Assembly: GCF_036321535.1 (NCBI RefSeq)
Contig: NC_087437.1
Span: 73,038,001-73,102,000 of the forward strand
Source of the DNA: Camelus dromedarius
Lineage: Eukaryota
DNA length: 64,000 bases
Direction of reading: 5' to 3'
Shown here one piece after another: positions 24,256-36,906 of this stretch (position 1 is its first letter; each line of letters starts with the position of its first letter). Made by a program: the position numbers and the translations under genes. The notes below the pieces were generated by a model. It searched no databases. It saw nothing but the letters and a program-made list of their open reading frames with translations, and was not told the origin of the DNA.

Positions 24256-27200
24256 TCACTGAATTTCTTTTAATTGCAATGGTTAATGCAGAACAGAATT
24301 TTCAAATGGAACTCTTCGTACATCCCTTTTAGGTGAGGTCCCAGAGGCTAAGAATGAAATTATAGGCAAGTCATTCTCACTTCTGGAGCAGAGTTCTAGA
24401 CCACCTATGAAGGACATGTGAAGATAGAGTAGAATGGGTTCTGTCAGTTCAGGTCCATCAACAACCTCAAGGCTATGAACAGGGAGAGAAGCAGCCCTGG
24501 TGAGGATTTCTTTAGAGAGAGCTGTCAGGGTGCTGTGAGTTAAGTCCCTTTTCATGGAGTAGGGAAAGAAAGGGATGCCGCCTCACCTTAGTCCAAGTGA
24601 AGTGTCATTTCAAGAGACCCCTCAGAGCTCTTGGCCTCTGTGTGCTGGAGTCTGGAACAAAGGAGGCTGGTGACTGACTCAGGCTAAAGAGACTACACTG
24701 GGAGCCCTGCTTGGGCAGCTGTGTTAAATGGGCATAGAGAGGAGAGGTACAGCCCCCCTGGGAAGAGGAGCACCTCCCCCAAACAGGTGGCCAAGGAACA
24801 CGTTTTCCCAGACAAAACAGGATGCTACGAAAAGAAATCTTTACTCCCCAAAATACTGAGAGGAACAAAAAGCTCCCAAGCAGACAAGCCTCCAGATGCT
24901 TACAGGCTGCAGGGATGGGGTAAGGAGGAGACCGAAAGAGAGGCACGGCCCACAGCAGGGGGACAGAATCTACAGGCCAGTCACAGATTTCTGAGAAATC
25001 TGCCAAAGTGCCCCATGACATTAAAGTATCAATTTTTATTCTTTCCATCCTTAGGGCACCTAGGTCAGATAATAGTCAGCCTGGCAAGGAAGGTCTTTCC
25101 TTACTTACTTCGCCCCTGTTTTCCCCACGCTGTGGCTGCCAAAGAGAGTTCCAAGCCAACAACTAGTAATGGAGGAGAAGATGGGGCCAGGAAATCTCAA
25201 AGATATCTCCCTTGTCTCTCCTTGACCCCCACAGACGGAAAAGACAGCCTCACGTCCCAGACTTTCAGAGCTGAGTGAGACCACACTTGGTGAGGAGGTG
25301 GGGAAGTCCCGGAGTGAATTAAGTTTTGCAAATTTTGACATGACACTCACAAGCTTTTTAAAATTACTGACACAAATCTGTTCTTGTGGCTAAAAGGGAT
25401 CAGACAATATTTATTATGTGAAAATCACCAATAAAGTCAAAGAAAAAATCACCTAAAATTTCTTTCAAAGGCTAGGAAGAAACTCAATAGAGCTTGCTTG
25501 GACAGGAAATGATGCACAAAAAGAAAATTATTTTTTGCTAACCTACAGAGTTCAAGTTATTTGTTCAACTAAACACAAAGGTAAAAGTTATTTGTAAGTT
25601 CAGGTTGCTGTTGTCATAGGGATCTGGTTCATCAAGCTCAATGTCCAAGACTTTACCTATGCTCATGTAAAATTAAACCTAAAAGTTTAACTTATTTTCT
25701 CAAATAGTAATATTTTTCACTTGACCTTCCACTCTGTTGACATCACATTTATTGACACAGCTACCCAGAGTCTCCTTGACAAATGTGTAATTGTATTCCA
25801 TCAATTCACCTGCAGCACAAAGAGCCTTTAAACCCATAATGGCATCAACTAGACAACTGCACTGAAAAGAACATAAGTCATCACCTACATCTAAACACAC
25901 GTGAGTCAGCCCCGTCAACTCCTGCTGTCAGGATAAAGTGGATAACGACCCTCAGTCAGCATAAAGGAGGCGTGTGTTGTGAAACCTTAATTTCTGCATA
26001 CAACTGTTTTCCTGTGGGATGCAGATTGTTTGGTGAACATGTGCTCACTGAATGGCTAAAGGCAATGTGTACTGCTGGATTAACCATCTAGGAAGGATTT
26101 TTAGAGCTCCCTTGGGGGGAAGATGACAATAAGCAGGACAGAGCTCATCATACACCATGTGGTACATTCATCAACACTCAATAACTATGAAACGAATGGA
26201 AGAATGGGATGTCTAATAGATTTTCCCTGGAGGTACCTCACTTCAAAGGGGGGAACTGAGTAAACAAATACCCAGAGTAAATCAGTCATTGAGGAAACTA
26301 CCCTTGACTTACAGGTGACAGGTATAGAAAAAATTGGGAAATTCTTTAACAATCTGTAATGTGTGCCCCAGATAAAAGGTTGTGAGAGATGCAAAATCTA
26401 GAATTCCCAGGATTCAAGGGAGAGCACTGGAGTTTGTACGGATTCTGTACGCATCTCTGCGAAGTAAGGATTATAGTATAATTATGCTGAGAAGAGAAAG
26501 GGTAATGGATGGAGGAGGGCCTTTTCCTCCAATTTATTTCCAACTGAGGACCTGTTAGCCCACTTCCAGAGGCTGCATTTCTCGGAAAGCACTGGCCCAG
26601 AGAAGGGAAAGATTAATGAAAGCATAGCTGCCATATTGACCTTTTCAGGGCAGCCATGCCAGCTTCACACTGGAAGGGGTATTCAACGTCTAAAGACTTA
26701 TACTGAGCACCCAACATGCACTCTCAGAGGCAGTTTGAAGTCGCTGTCTGGACTCCTTTCTGTCTGTTTCACTTTCTGCATGACTTTGGGTGAGTTTTGT
26801 AACCTTTTTATGCCTTTGTATCTTCATCTATAAAATGGGGACGGATAATAATAGTACATATATTACTGTGTTTTGAGGAAGCTTAAATAAGAGAATACAT
26901 TTACTAGTTGAGAATGGTGCCACACAAACAGAGGCACTCAAACACTAACAAGGATTGTTACAATTATTGCTTAGTCCTACAATACAACCATGCCAGTTGG
27001 TGAAAAATTTTAGGTAATTACTAGTGAAAAAAAAAAAAAAACCTGGAAGGCCTTTGATGATAGTTTTCTAAGCAGCTTTTATTTATCCCCCATATTGAGG
27101 CAGACAACTCTGCTGAGTCTTCTGTCACACACAGTACTCTCCACTTTTATATCTGCCCATTCTAGTTCAGAACATTATCACTTTACATCTACATCATTTG

Positions 27201-28833
27201 GTCTTCTATTTTACTTACATTTTTCATATACTCAGAAAGCCACAGTGGCTGCTTTTTGTTGTCCAGATCACAGCCCAAATCCACAGCCCATTATCTTAAC
27301 CTTCACCTGGTTCTACCTCACCTGAGCAACTTGCAGCCCCTCCCTAACAAGCACTGTAGAACTCACCCTGCTTGTCTTTCCATGTCCTACGCTCATTTCA
27401 TTTTATGTCTTTGTCTGAGGATCTGTCTCTCATCTATCTTCCATTTGAGTCTATATTTCTTTCCAGACCCGCTGTGTAACTTCCTTGATTCCACTCTCTG
27501 CCTCAGAACGCATTTATTTTTCTTAATTTTTGGTGTTTGGATACATATGATAGAGGCAGAAACTATGGGACAGCAGCAGAGGTGTCCTGACTCCTTCACT
27601 GCATACCCTGGGTAACTGCTTCCTTCCGTCTGTACGCCTCAGGTCTGACCCCCTGCTCTCCAAGGATCAGGTGTGCTCACCTGGAGAGCTGGCCCATGGT
27701 TAGAACCCGAGTGGACCTGGTATTGCACTCAGAGCTTCCAGGAGTAGGAGGATCCAGACTGTGAGGACTTGCTAAGTTTTTAGAGAGGGTTTAATATCAA
27801 AATCAATGCCCTCAGGTCAAAGAGTTGTGCACAGACATATAAATAGAAGGCTGAGCCAAAAGGCCTCTGGCCTAGTGGCCAGTGAAATGGGAGGCCAGGA
27901 AGTGGGTCTGGCTCAGTCATAAGCTCTGAGCAGCTGGGGGCCTGCCTGTTTCATTCGTCACTGTCTCCCAAGACCTCAAAAATTCCTGGCTCATAGTTGG
28001 CTTACTTGTTGAATGAACAAATGTCTTGGATGATGATCATAGTTGGGGCTGGTGTTTCTGAGGCCTGCTCTCTGAGGAGCAATTCATAGCCAGTGAGCTG
28101 GGAGGCACAGGGCTCTGCTCGGAGTCCTGCAAGGCCCGGAGTTACCAGTACTGCTCCTCCCTAGATTTGTCAGGGGTCTCTGATGGTTCCATGTGGGCTT
28201 GTCTCATCTCATCACGTCACCTGTCAGCCTCCTGTCCTTCCCTAGGACAGTGCTGAGAACGCCAGTTAGTTCAGGCTGAATTGAGCTAGGCTTCCCTGGG
28301 TAGCCCTTGCAGTGGATTATGAGTTATAAGGTTCCATTGTGTCCATTATTTTCTACAGTTGTTTAAAAAATATCCTTTCATTGAGGAAAAAATATGAATT
28401 ATATGTTTGCAGCAAGATCTGTGGCTTAAAAATTCAGACTGAATTATACAGTTCACTATATCTTAGAGTCTGGAATGAAACCAAAGCCTTTTGAAGTTGG
28501 TTTCCATGACATGTTTCATCTCGCTTCCTTTCTTGAAAGAACACACAAGGGCGAATCCTACCAGCTTCCGAGGCAGTTGGTCATCGTGTGACTTCACAAG
28601 TTACCCTCCAGGTTGCCAAAAAAATTTAGATTTTTCAGTTGTAATTCAATGTTTATTCTAAGTAGATAAGTTTTATTTAGATATAACCAGCCATTGATTT
28701 AACATGTTTTTTGACATATAAAAATCGGACTGAAAATTGTTCCAAATATAATCTTGTTACTACCTTGACAGAGGTGCAGATTTTGTAAAGTGAGAAATAG
28801 CTACTTTTATTATATTGGAGCCTGAATTTAAAA

Positions 28834-29051
28834 CAGGGCTTCTCAATCTCAGCCCTACTGACTTTGCAGACGGGATAATTCTTTGCTGTGGAGGTTGTCC
28901 TGTTCGTGTTGTAGCATCTTTGGCCTCTGCCCAACAGATGCTAGTAGCACCATCAACCCTCTAACTGTGGCAGCCAAAAATGTCCCAAGATACTGTACAT
29001 GTCCCTGAGGGGGGGGGGGTGGAGGCAAAATTACTCTGGTGAGAATCATTG
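28834..29051 (+). mobile_element. MER20 hAT-Charlie DNA transposon
   Basis: cagggcttctcaatctcagc...gggataattctttgctgtgg...gagaatcattg; length and termini are typical of MER20. Confidence 0.8.
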
Positions 29052-30450
29052 ATCTTTAATAGTTCTGAGGTCCAATGTGGTGGGTGTTTATAATAAGGAG
29101 GTCTTTTGATTCTTCAGAAATTTCCCAACTGTATCAGCTTAGTATGATAGTAGATCAGGTAGCATGCTTTCTGCTTTTTAACAAATATGTTTATTTGACT
29201 GTGCCCTTTCAACCTCTCTAATACTAGAGCTATATTAGATTGTAGATTTTTTAGGGTAACAAGTATCCTTTTCTTTTCCTTGAATTTCTTCACAGAAATA
29301 AGAATGGTATTTGATCTGATGAAAGAATTTAGTGTATGTCAACTAACCCCACAGAAAACTCAGCTAGAAGTAATTCATTTCTGTGTTCAATTGGCAGAAT
29401 GTACATGCCATGACAGTGTGAGTGTTTTTTTCTCTTTTGTTTACTGTTATATTTCCAACACCTAGAAGAGTACCTGGTGCATAGTAAGTGCTCAATAAGT
29501 ATTTGGTGAATGAATTATGTCACTTCCCTTCTAAAAAAAGGTTTAATGGGGTCCCTCCCATTTCCTAAGGGATAACATTTAGAATCCTTAGACTGGGGCT
29601 TAAGGCTCTCTTTAGTCTGCATTTTCCAATCTTCATCCTTGCTTCTCTGCTGCACAATCCCACTTCTCTGACCCAAACTTATCTACTAATATTGTCAAAT
29701 TCCCATGAATATTTTTACCAGTGCACAAAGGCTCACTTTGTTTTCTTTGTTTAAAATGTTTTTTCCAGCTCTCAACTTAGTCAAATAAACACAATATGTA
29801 ATTCAAGGGTCAGCTTATTTCATCTGTCTTAAGTAACACTTCCTGACTCCAAAAACTCATAGGGACCTTTCCATACTCAAAGCCTAAGACTTCTTGGTCT
29901 GTTCCTCTCCCTGAGCATTTTAATTCTATAAAACATGGCACCTTGTATGCTACTGTTTAGACTGATACTTTTCCTATGTGCGTATCATCTCTCTCCAAGT
30001 GCACTGCAACCTTTTTGAAAGCAGCAAAACAAATTATCTTTTTTTGACAATGTTTTTGAGTCTATTAACTGATATTTACATAGTGAAGAAACATTATTCT
30101 CATTCATTATTTTTTATTCATTTATTCAACTAATATTTTTTGCACGCCTACTCTCTGCTAGGCACGTGTAAGGAAGCAAAACAAATACCATCTCTGTCCT
30201 CATGAAGTATTTAGCCCAGCTGGAGAAAACATGCTACCTAATGCACTGAGAACTAGATTTAGAGTCAGAAGACTTTGGTGTGAATACTAACTTTGCCACT
30301 TACTAGTCATGTGATCATTTAAGCTCTCAGCAACTCAGTGTCCCCATCTGGAAAATGGAAATAATAATGTTTGTTCTGTCTACCTCTCACAATAAAAAAG
30401 ATAAAACCACATTGAATTTTATGTGCAAACATTTTCTAAAAGTTACAGGA

Positions 30451-30965
30451 TGTGGTTGTTTTAATTTGTCCACAAATGCTTTGACACCCTTTCTTTCAAG
30501 AACTGGAGCCCAATTTTCTCCCTCTTGAGTATGAGTTGGACTTGGTGCCTTACTTCTAACAGATAGAATATAGCAGAAGTAATGGTGTGCAAGTCTGGAA
30601 GCTGTGTCATAAAAAGGCACTGTGGCTTTTGTCTTGGTGACTCTATTTCTTGAATTACTTGGTTTAGCAAAAGGTTGCCATATTGTGAGCAGCCCTGAGG
30701 AGAGATCCCAAGTGGTGAGGAACTGAGTCTCCTGCCAACAACATGCTCAGCTTGGAAGCAGAGCCGTCATTTCCAGTCAAGCCTTCAGATGACTAGTGTC
30801 CCAACCAACAGCTTCACTACAACCACATGGAAGAACCTGATTCACACCACTCAGCTAAGCTGCTCCTGGATTTGTGACCCCTGGAAACCACGTGAGCCAA
30901 TATGTATTTCATAAGTTGTTAAGTTCTGGGGTAAATTTGCTATACAGCAATGGATAACAAATACA
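30451..30965 (+). mobile_element. MaLR LTR (MLT1 family)
   Basis: Starts tgtggttg, internal ccagtcaagccttcagatgact, ends ggggtaaatttgctatacagcaatggataacaaataca. Confidence 0.8.
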
Positions 30966-31983
30966 TAGAACACTAAAGAGATTTAAGGTACCATTGTTGA
31001 ATATACCAATATTTGTTGAATGAACGATACCATAATCTACTATGGTTTATTGCTGAATGATGAGTTAGAAGTAGAAGAAAAAGCAGCTTATAAAGAAGAA
31101 AATGACAAAGCCTTAAGAATCAGGAGAAACCAGATGGATGTAAAACTTCTGCTGGGTGATTTGCAGGCATTTCTCACCCTGCCACATGCCTCATTTTCTG
31201 AGAGGTATCAACCTGTGACAGTGGCTGCAGGCTACGTGCCAAAGGCTACAGGCTAAAGGAATTGTTCATTCCTCCTGACTGCTTTGTTTTATTCCATTTT
31301 CAGTTCTCATTTTGAGCTAAAATGGATAGTTTTAATTAAATAAGAAATGAAAGCCACACTTCTACTCTAGAACATACTTTTTCTGTGTGTTAGTGAAAGT
31401 CACTTTGGTTCTTTGTTAGACACAAAGGCCATGGACATGGGGATTTATGATTTGTTTGCATCAATGCCAACTTCTGAAAGTCACTGCTAGCCCTCTGCCA
31501 TAGTAACACTGACCCAGCCTGACCTCCATTATTAATAATGCCACTGGGAGGCTGGATTCATAGTTCTCATAGTCAACTTTGTCAGAATTAATTTGCACGA
31601 GAACAAATTTAAATTTAAAACTATCTATCTACCTCGGGTCCACAGGATCCCCATTGACAACCAATTTCTTTAACACCCCATGGAGAACACAATTGTGGAG
31701 GAGGACTGTCAATTTATTAACTTATCTAACAATAAATACAGAATGTACACTTCTCACTGAATATTTACTGACCCTGATTTTGCCAAGCCTTCAAATGAAG
31801 GACTTTGGAAGTTGTGCTAACTCTTTTACGCCACAAGAACTGTACTCAGTATGTTTATCTAAAATGCCATAGATAAGAAAAGGGCATGAGTTATAAATCT
31901 TCTGAAATCTTTTTCTTCATCAGTCTACTTGGTTAAAGGGTTAATACCTCGGGAAAAGTAAAGCAGTGTGGAAACATCCTTAC

Positions 31984-32076
31984 TTGTAGGAGATATGCTG
32001 TTGGCTAGAGAAGGCTGGGTGCCCACGGTGGATTCCACAACACGGAGCAGAGGCTCTGTGGGAGGGTTCTCTGGGC
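31984..32076 (-). CDS. CD96: CD96 exon 9, start of stalk
   Basis: 93 nt, tttcag|GC...ACA A|gtaagg. Translates (G)PENPPTEPLLRVVESTVGTQPSLANSISPT vs human GSEISSTDPPLSVTESTLDTQPSPASSVSPA. Confidence 0.93.
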
Positions 32077-32934
32077 CTGAAAGGATGAAGCAGACATTGA
32101 TAATGAACAAAATATGGTTCCAAAAAAATACAGTATTAACTTAGTTCCCCCCAAAACTTTTATTTATTCATCTAACAGAGTATTATTGATTAAAAATCAT
32201 CATTATTGCCCTGCTATGGCTAAGGCAGTGGAGCATAATGGTGGATGACAAAGACATGGAGCAGTCTTCAGGGAGCACACAGCCTGGAAAACAGATAGGT
32301 AGCCAGGCACCGTGTTGAGTGCTGACAGCGAAGTGCAGGGCACCATGGGAATGCACAGGAGAGGCACCCACCAACAGTGAGAGGTCAGGGAAGGCTGACC
32401 TCTCAGAGAAAGCAACATTTAACCAAGACCTGGTAAAACAATTATAGCAGCTAATGTTTTGAGGTATTTGAAAAGTAACCATACAGTTTGCAAATCCATA
32501 AACCCACAAAGGTTTTAATCAGTAAGAGTAGAAACAATGGTACAGCTCCCCAGTGGAAAGGAAAGTAGAAACTCTGTCTTGGTCAAAACAAAACTCAGGG
32601 GGTATAAAAAGGAGTGGTTAAACCAAATAGGGAAAAATTATTCCCCAAAACTCAAATGCAGAATTCAGCAGAAACATGTCAGCCAGTTTTCAGAACATTA
32701 TATTTACCATAACGTTTTAAGGGGCTGAGTTGCTGGCCTAAAGCCACATCATCTATTCCTGAGAGTGTCTGTTCTGCACAGGCTGGGCAGGGCTCTCAGG
32801 GCCACCCTCATGGGCAGCAGTGGCCATGTGTCTGTTCCACAAGGGCAATCGGGTCAGTTCTGGAGCCTCCTCAGAGCTTGAATCAGCCATCAGCTGGTCC
32901 ACCCAGAAATGAACCAAACCTCAGGGTTTGCTAG

Positions 32935-33090
32935 GTCCTTACTTCTCAAAATGTGGCCCATAGCATCTCTTAGGATCTTTTTAGAAATGCAGAATATCAG
33001 GCCCTGCCTCTCCCAACCCCTCAACTAAATGAATCACAATCTGCTTTTTAACAAGGTCTTCGGGCAATCTATATGTATAGGAAAGTCCTT
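32935..33090. mobile_element. MER5-like hAT fragment
   Basis: cttctcaaaatgtggccc...ttagaaatgcagaatatcaggccc...tttaacaag. Confidence 0.6.
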
Positions 33091-34399
33091 TATTGACACT
33101 CTCTGTATTCCTGGGGTCAGTTATGGATATGAAGGAGATCATGAAACCAGAAGTATTTGTCTGGCATATCTCACCTTAAGATTCAGTGGTCCTCTCATCC
33201 CACTCGAACTCTCCGTTTTTAATCCTTTCTCCACATACCAAAATACACATGGACACTCTCTCACACACACTAAACTACTCATCAACCCTTAATTCTCTTT
33301 GTACCCCAAAGGTCTTGATCAAAACAGTTACAGCTGGAAATCTATTTAATAAACAAATCTCTGATGAGGCTGATGGTAATCAGAATATCACCCACCCCAG
33401 GAGGTAGTGTTTGCATTCAGCTTTTGAATTGAAACAAAAGAAAATATCCCCTCCACCTGACCCCAAACAAAATAACTCTTGTATAAGCCAAAACACTGAC
33501 TCTGTCGTGCTGCAACATTAGACATTCTGATAGAGCAGGCTGGCATCATAGGATATTTTTAGAAAGAGCTTTTTATTTTTCTTTTTTTTTAAGTTGCTGT
33601 CGAATCATGAGAATTCTTTAGGCCCTGGTACTCAAATAGCTGCCTGATGAGCCACCTTCACCTTGACCTCTTCCCCTTTCTGAGTTTTTAGACTAAGACT
33701 CACTGAGAACTTGAACATCCTGGGAGACTGGTGGGTAGGTGAGGAAGGAAGCACCTGAGAGGACTGTTATCTTCAGCCTTCCAATATTATTACTCTTTTC
33801 TGGGAACAAGAGAGAGCAAAAACTCCTCCCTTGCTCTCCCCAAATCTCCCTCGTGTTATGTAAGGGTCTCAGAATTTCTCCATGTTGGCACTCAGAGACA
33901 GGTTTTCCTCCTGCATTTTCATCTCAAGATCTGTCAACAGTAATAACCTGACTCTTATACAAGGCATCAAAAGTTTACTCCAGAGTTCATAAAGCATCCA
34001 GCAGTACTGCTGCAGGCAGAAAGCACATTTGGAAGTAAATGTTTAAGAACTTGTAACAAATGGGAAAATATGATACGATAATGACATTGCTTTGCAGAGC
34101 CTCAACTGCATTTTCTAAATCATTCACAGAGATAAATGTGAGAATGTGACCAGAATACAAGCTGTAATTTTGGGAAACTGAACTCTTCAAGATTTATTGT
34201 CTTAAATATTTGATCATAAAGGAAAAAAACTTATTTGACTATTTAAAATTAACCATCCACTCAGAGCCTAAAATTATACTAGATCAAGGGCTGTCCTGTA
34301 AAATTGAAATTACGGTGTGCTCTGAGTATCTGAATCGGTGCTCTTTCTTATGGCCTTAAATATATTCACTTTTTTTCTGATCTTAAAACCAAACACAGT

Positions 34400-35410
34400 T
34401 TAAGAGAATGAGAAGATAAGCCTGGAAGAAAATATCTGCAAAAGACATATCTGATAAGAACTGCTATCAAAATAAACAGAGAATTCTTAAAACTCAATAA
34501 TAAGAAAACAAACACCCTGATGTAAAAATGGGCCAGAGGCAGCTATCTCACCAAGGAAGATACAGAATTGGCCAATAAGCACATGAAAACATGCTCTGCA
34601 TCAAATGAGATCAGAGAAATGCAAACAGAAACAATAATGAAATTCTGCTACACATATTCCAATGGCCAAAATCCAGCATACTGACAATATAAAATGCTGA
34701 CAAGGATGTGAAGCAACAGGAACTCTCATTCGTTACTGGTGGGAATGCAAAATAGTACAGCCACTTTGGAAGACAATTTGTTGGTTTCTTTTAAATCTAA
34801 ACATACTCTTACCATACAGTCTAGCAATTGTGCTCCTTGGTATTTACTCAAAGGACTTAAAAACTCATGTCCCACAAAAACCTGCACATAAATATTTATA
34901 GCAGCTTTATTTTTAACTGTCAAAACTTGGAAACAACCAAGATGTCCTTCAGTAGGTGAACAGATACATAAATTGTGGTATATGCACTCAATGGAGTATT
35001 ATTCAGTGCTAAAAAAAAACAAAAAACCAAAAACGAGCTATCAAGTCATGAAAAGACATGGAGGAACCCTAAATGTATATTATTAAGTGAAAAAAGTCAA
35101 TTTTAGGGCAGTGAAAATTTGGGGCTTTATGATACTATAATGATGAGTACATATCATTATGCATTTGTTCAAAACCCATAGAATGTACAACATCAAGAGT
35201 AAACCCCAAGGACTTTGGGTGATTACTGTGTGTCAGTGCAGGCTCATCAACTGCAACAAATGCACCGTTCTGGTGAGTGATGTTGATAATGAGGGACAAT
35301 ACGCATTTGTGGGGAGAAGGTAACGAGAAATCTCTGCACCTTTCTCTTAATGTTGCTGTTTATCTAAAACAGCTCTAAAGAAGTCTTTAAGAAAAAAAAG
35401 AAAAACAAGA
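34400..35410 (+). mobile_element. Old LINE-1 3' end (L1MC-like)
   Basis: ORF2-end motifs (tggtgggaatgcaaaatagtacagccactttggaagac), L1MC-type 3' UTR and an A-rich end. Confidence 0.85.
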
Positions 35411-35711
35411 ACCAGTTTTAACATCATAAAATACTGATTTTTTCAAACATGGTTCCGTCTATGATGAGAATAGGATTCTCTTTAGAAATTTGAGGTTACT
35501 TAGTCCTTAGCTCATGTCCTTAGATTCTGTCACAGCTACTGGCAAATCTGTGTGAGAACCAGCCACCTTTCTACTGTTCCAAGACTGCAGCCCCCACCAT
35601 GTCTAGTCCTGTAGAAAGGAGGTGCACTTATTTCTGAGGGAATTAGGCAAAGTTGAGTATGGATGTTTCATGACCATTTCCGACTGATAAAGTTCACAGA
35701 ACGGTATGTTC

Positions 35712-35723
35712 ATGCACGCGCGT

Positions 35724-35756
<33 letters not shown>
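35712..35756. repeat. (CA)n microsatellite with an alternating purine-pyrimidine lead-in
   Basis: atgcacgcgcgtgcacacaca... Confidence 0.93.
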
Positions 35757-35757
<1 letters not shown>

Positions 35758-36717
35758 GCAGGGTTGCAGGGATGATGCTACTGTCCCGGTATCTAAGGCT
35801 CGCATTGGTGACAGGGCTGGGAGGGACCTAATACACAGACTACAGTCCTGAAACAAAGGAAACTCTTTCCCTCATAGATTATTCTGGTTTTGATAAGTAA
35901 GTTATAGACCATAATATTTCTGAAAATAGGAAGGTGGTAAAAGATGTTAACGGTCCTGCAGAGTTGTAATAATGACTTGCAAATCCGTTTAAGTTTTATA
36001 GGTGTTACTTTACTGGTACATATGCATATTTGACAGTTGTCATTACACACTTCTATTTTTTATGGGCAATCTGTTGTCACAATATTTGTGGAGGCATTTG
36101 CTCATATCTTTTATGTAGTAAGCTTTTATTATTTGATCTGGTTCAGAGTAATGAATATTCTGGTTAATCAATGTTGTAATAAGTAGAATGACCCCACATG
36201 TGAATTTTCAAGTCACAATCATCTTCTGTGTCAGATTCTGTGCTTCAAATTTAGGGATACTAAAATCAGTATATCTCATACATGGATTATCCATTCCTAA
36301 GTATTAGAATAATATATGCTATATATAAATGAATGCTTTTAGTAACTCAGAATTAATTTTTAAGATTTTAAAAACTCTCTTGTATTAATGTTAATTTTTG
36401 TCATATGGCAGAGTAACATAAATGCTAGTTAATTAAGAGTTATTATTAATAGAATTTGAACAAGAAATTGCTGTATTCACCGGAAATTCTTGGAAACAGA
36501 AATCAGCTACTTTCTATTTGAAGAAATTCTTTTCAGTAGAGTCCCTTCAGTCAAAAAAATATTAGCTACTTTGAAATTTAATAATTTTGAGTTGTGTAGA
36601 GCGAGTTTTCAGTATATCATGGAAATAATCAGTATCCTATTTGTTTCAATTAGAAATGTTCTGAACTTACAGCAGTCTTGGCCACCCCTTGTTGACCTTA
36701 TTATATAGACAACTCAC

Positions 36718-36906
36718 CCAAGGAAAATGTGATCTTTTCTGATGAGTTATTCCACACTTTGTTTCCGGGGACTGGAGACAGAGCCATACACCAGATGGTC
36801 AATTTGTTTAATTGGGCTGGTTTACTATCATACACATATGTCAACACAGACTTCAGTTCCAAAAATCCACCTCTGTCTTTTCTCTCTTCATTAGTAATGT
36901 GCATTT
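36718..36906 (-). CDS. CD96: CD96 exon 8, second part of Ig domain 3
   Basis: 189 nt, tcatag|AA...TTG G|gtgagt. Translates MHITNEERKDRGGFLELKSVLTYVYDSKPAQLNKLTIWCMALSPVPGNKVWNNSSEKITFSL. Confidence 0.97.

Noticed and set aside
24721..25278. 185-aa ORF (and the overlapping 147-aa minus-strand ORF)
   Set aside because: Non-ATG start, no recognisable domain, intronic and next to an L1; consistent with chance in GC-moderate sequence.
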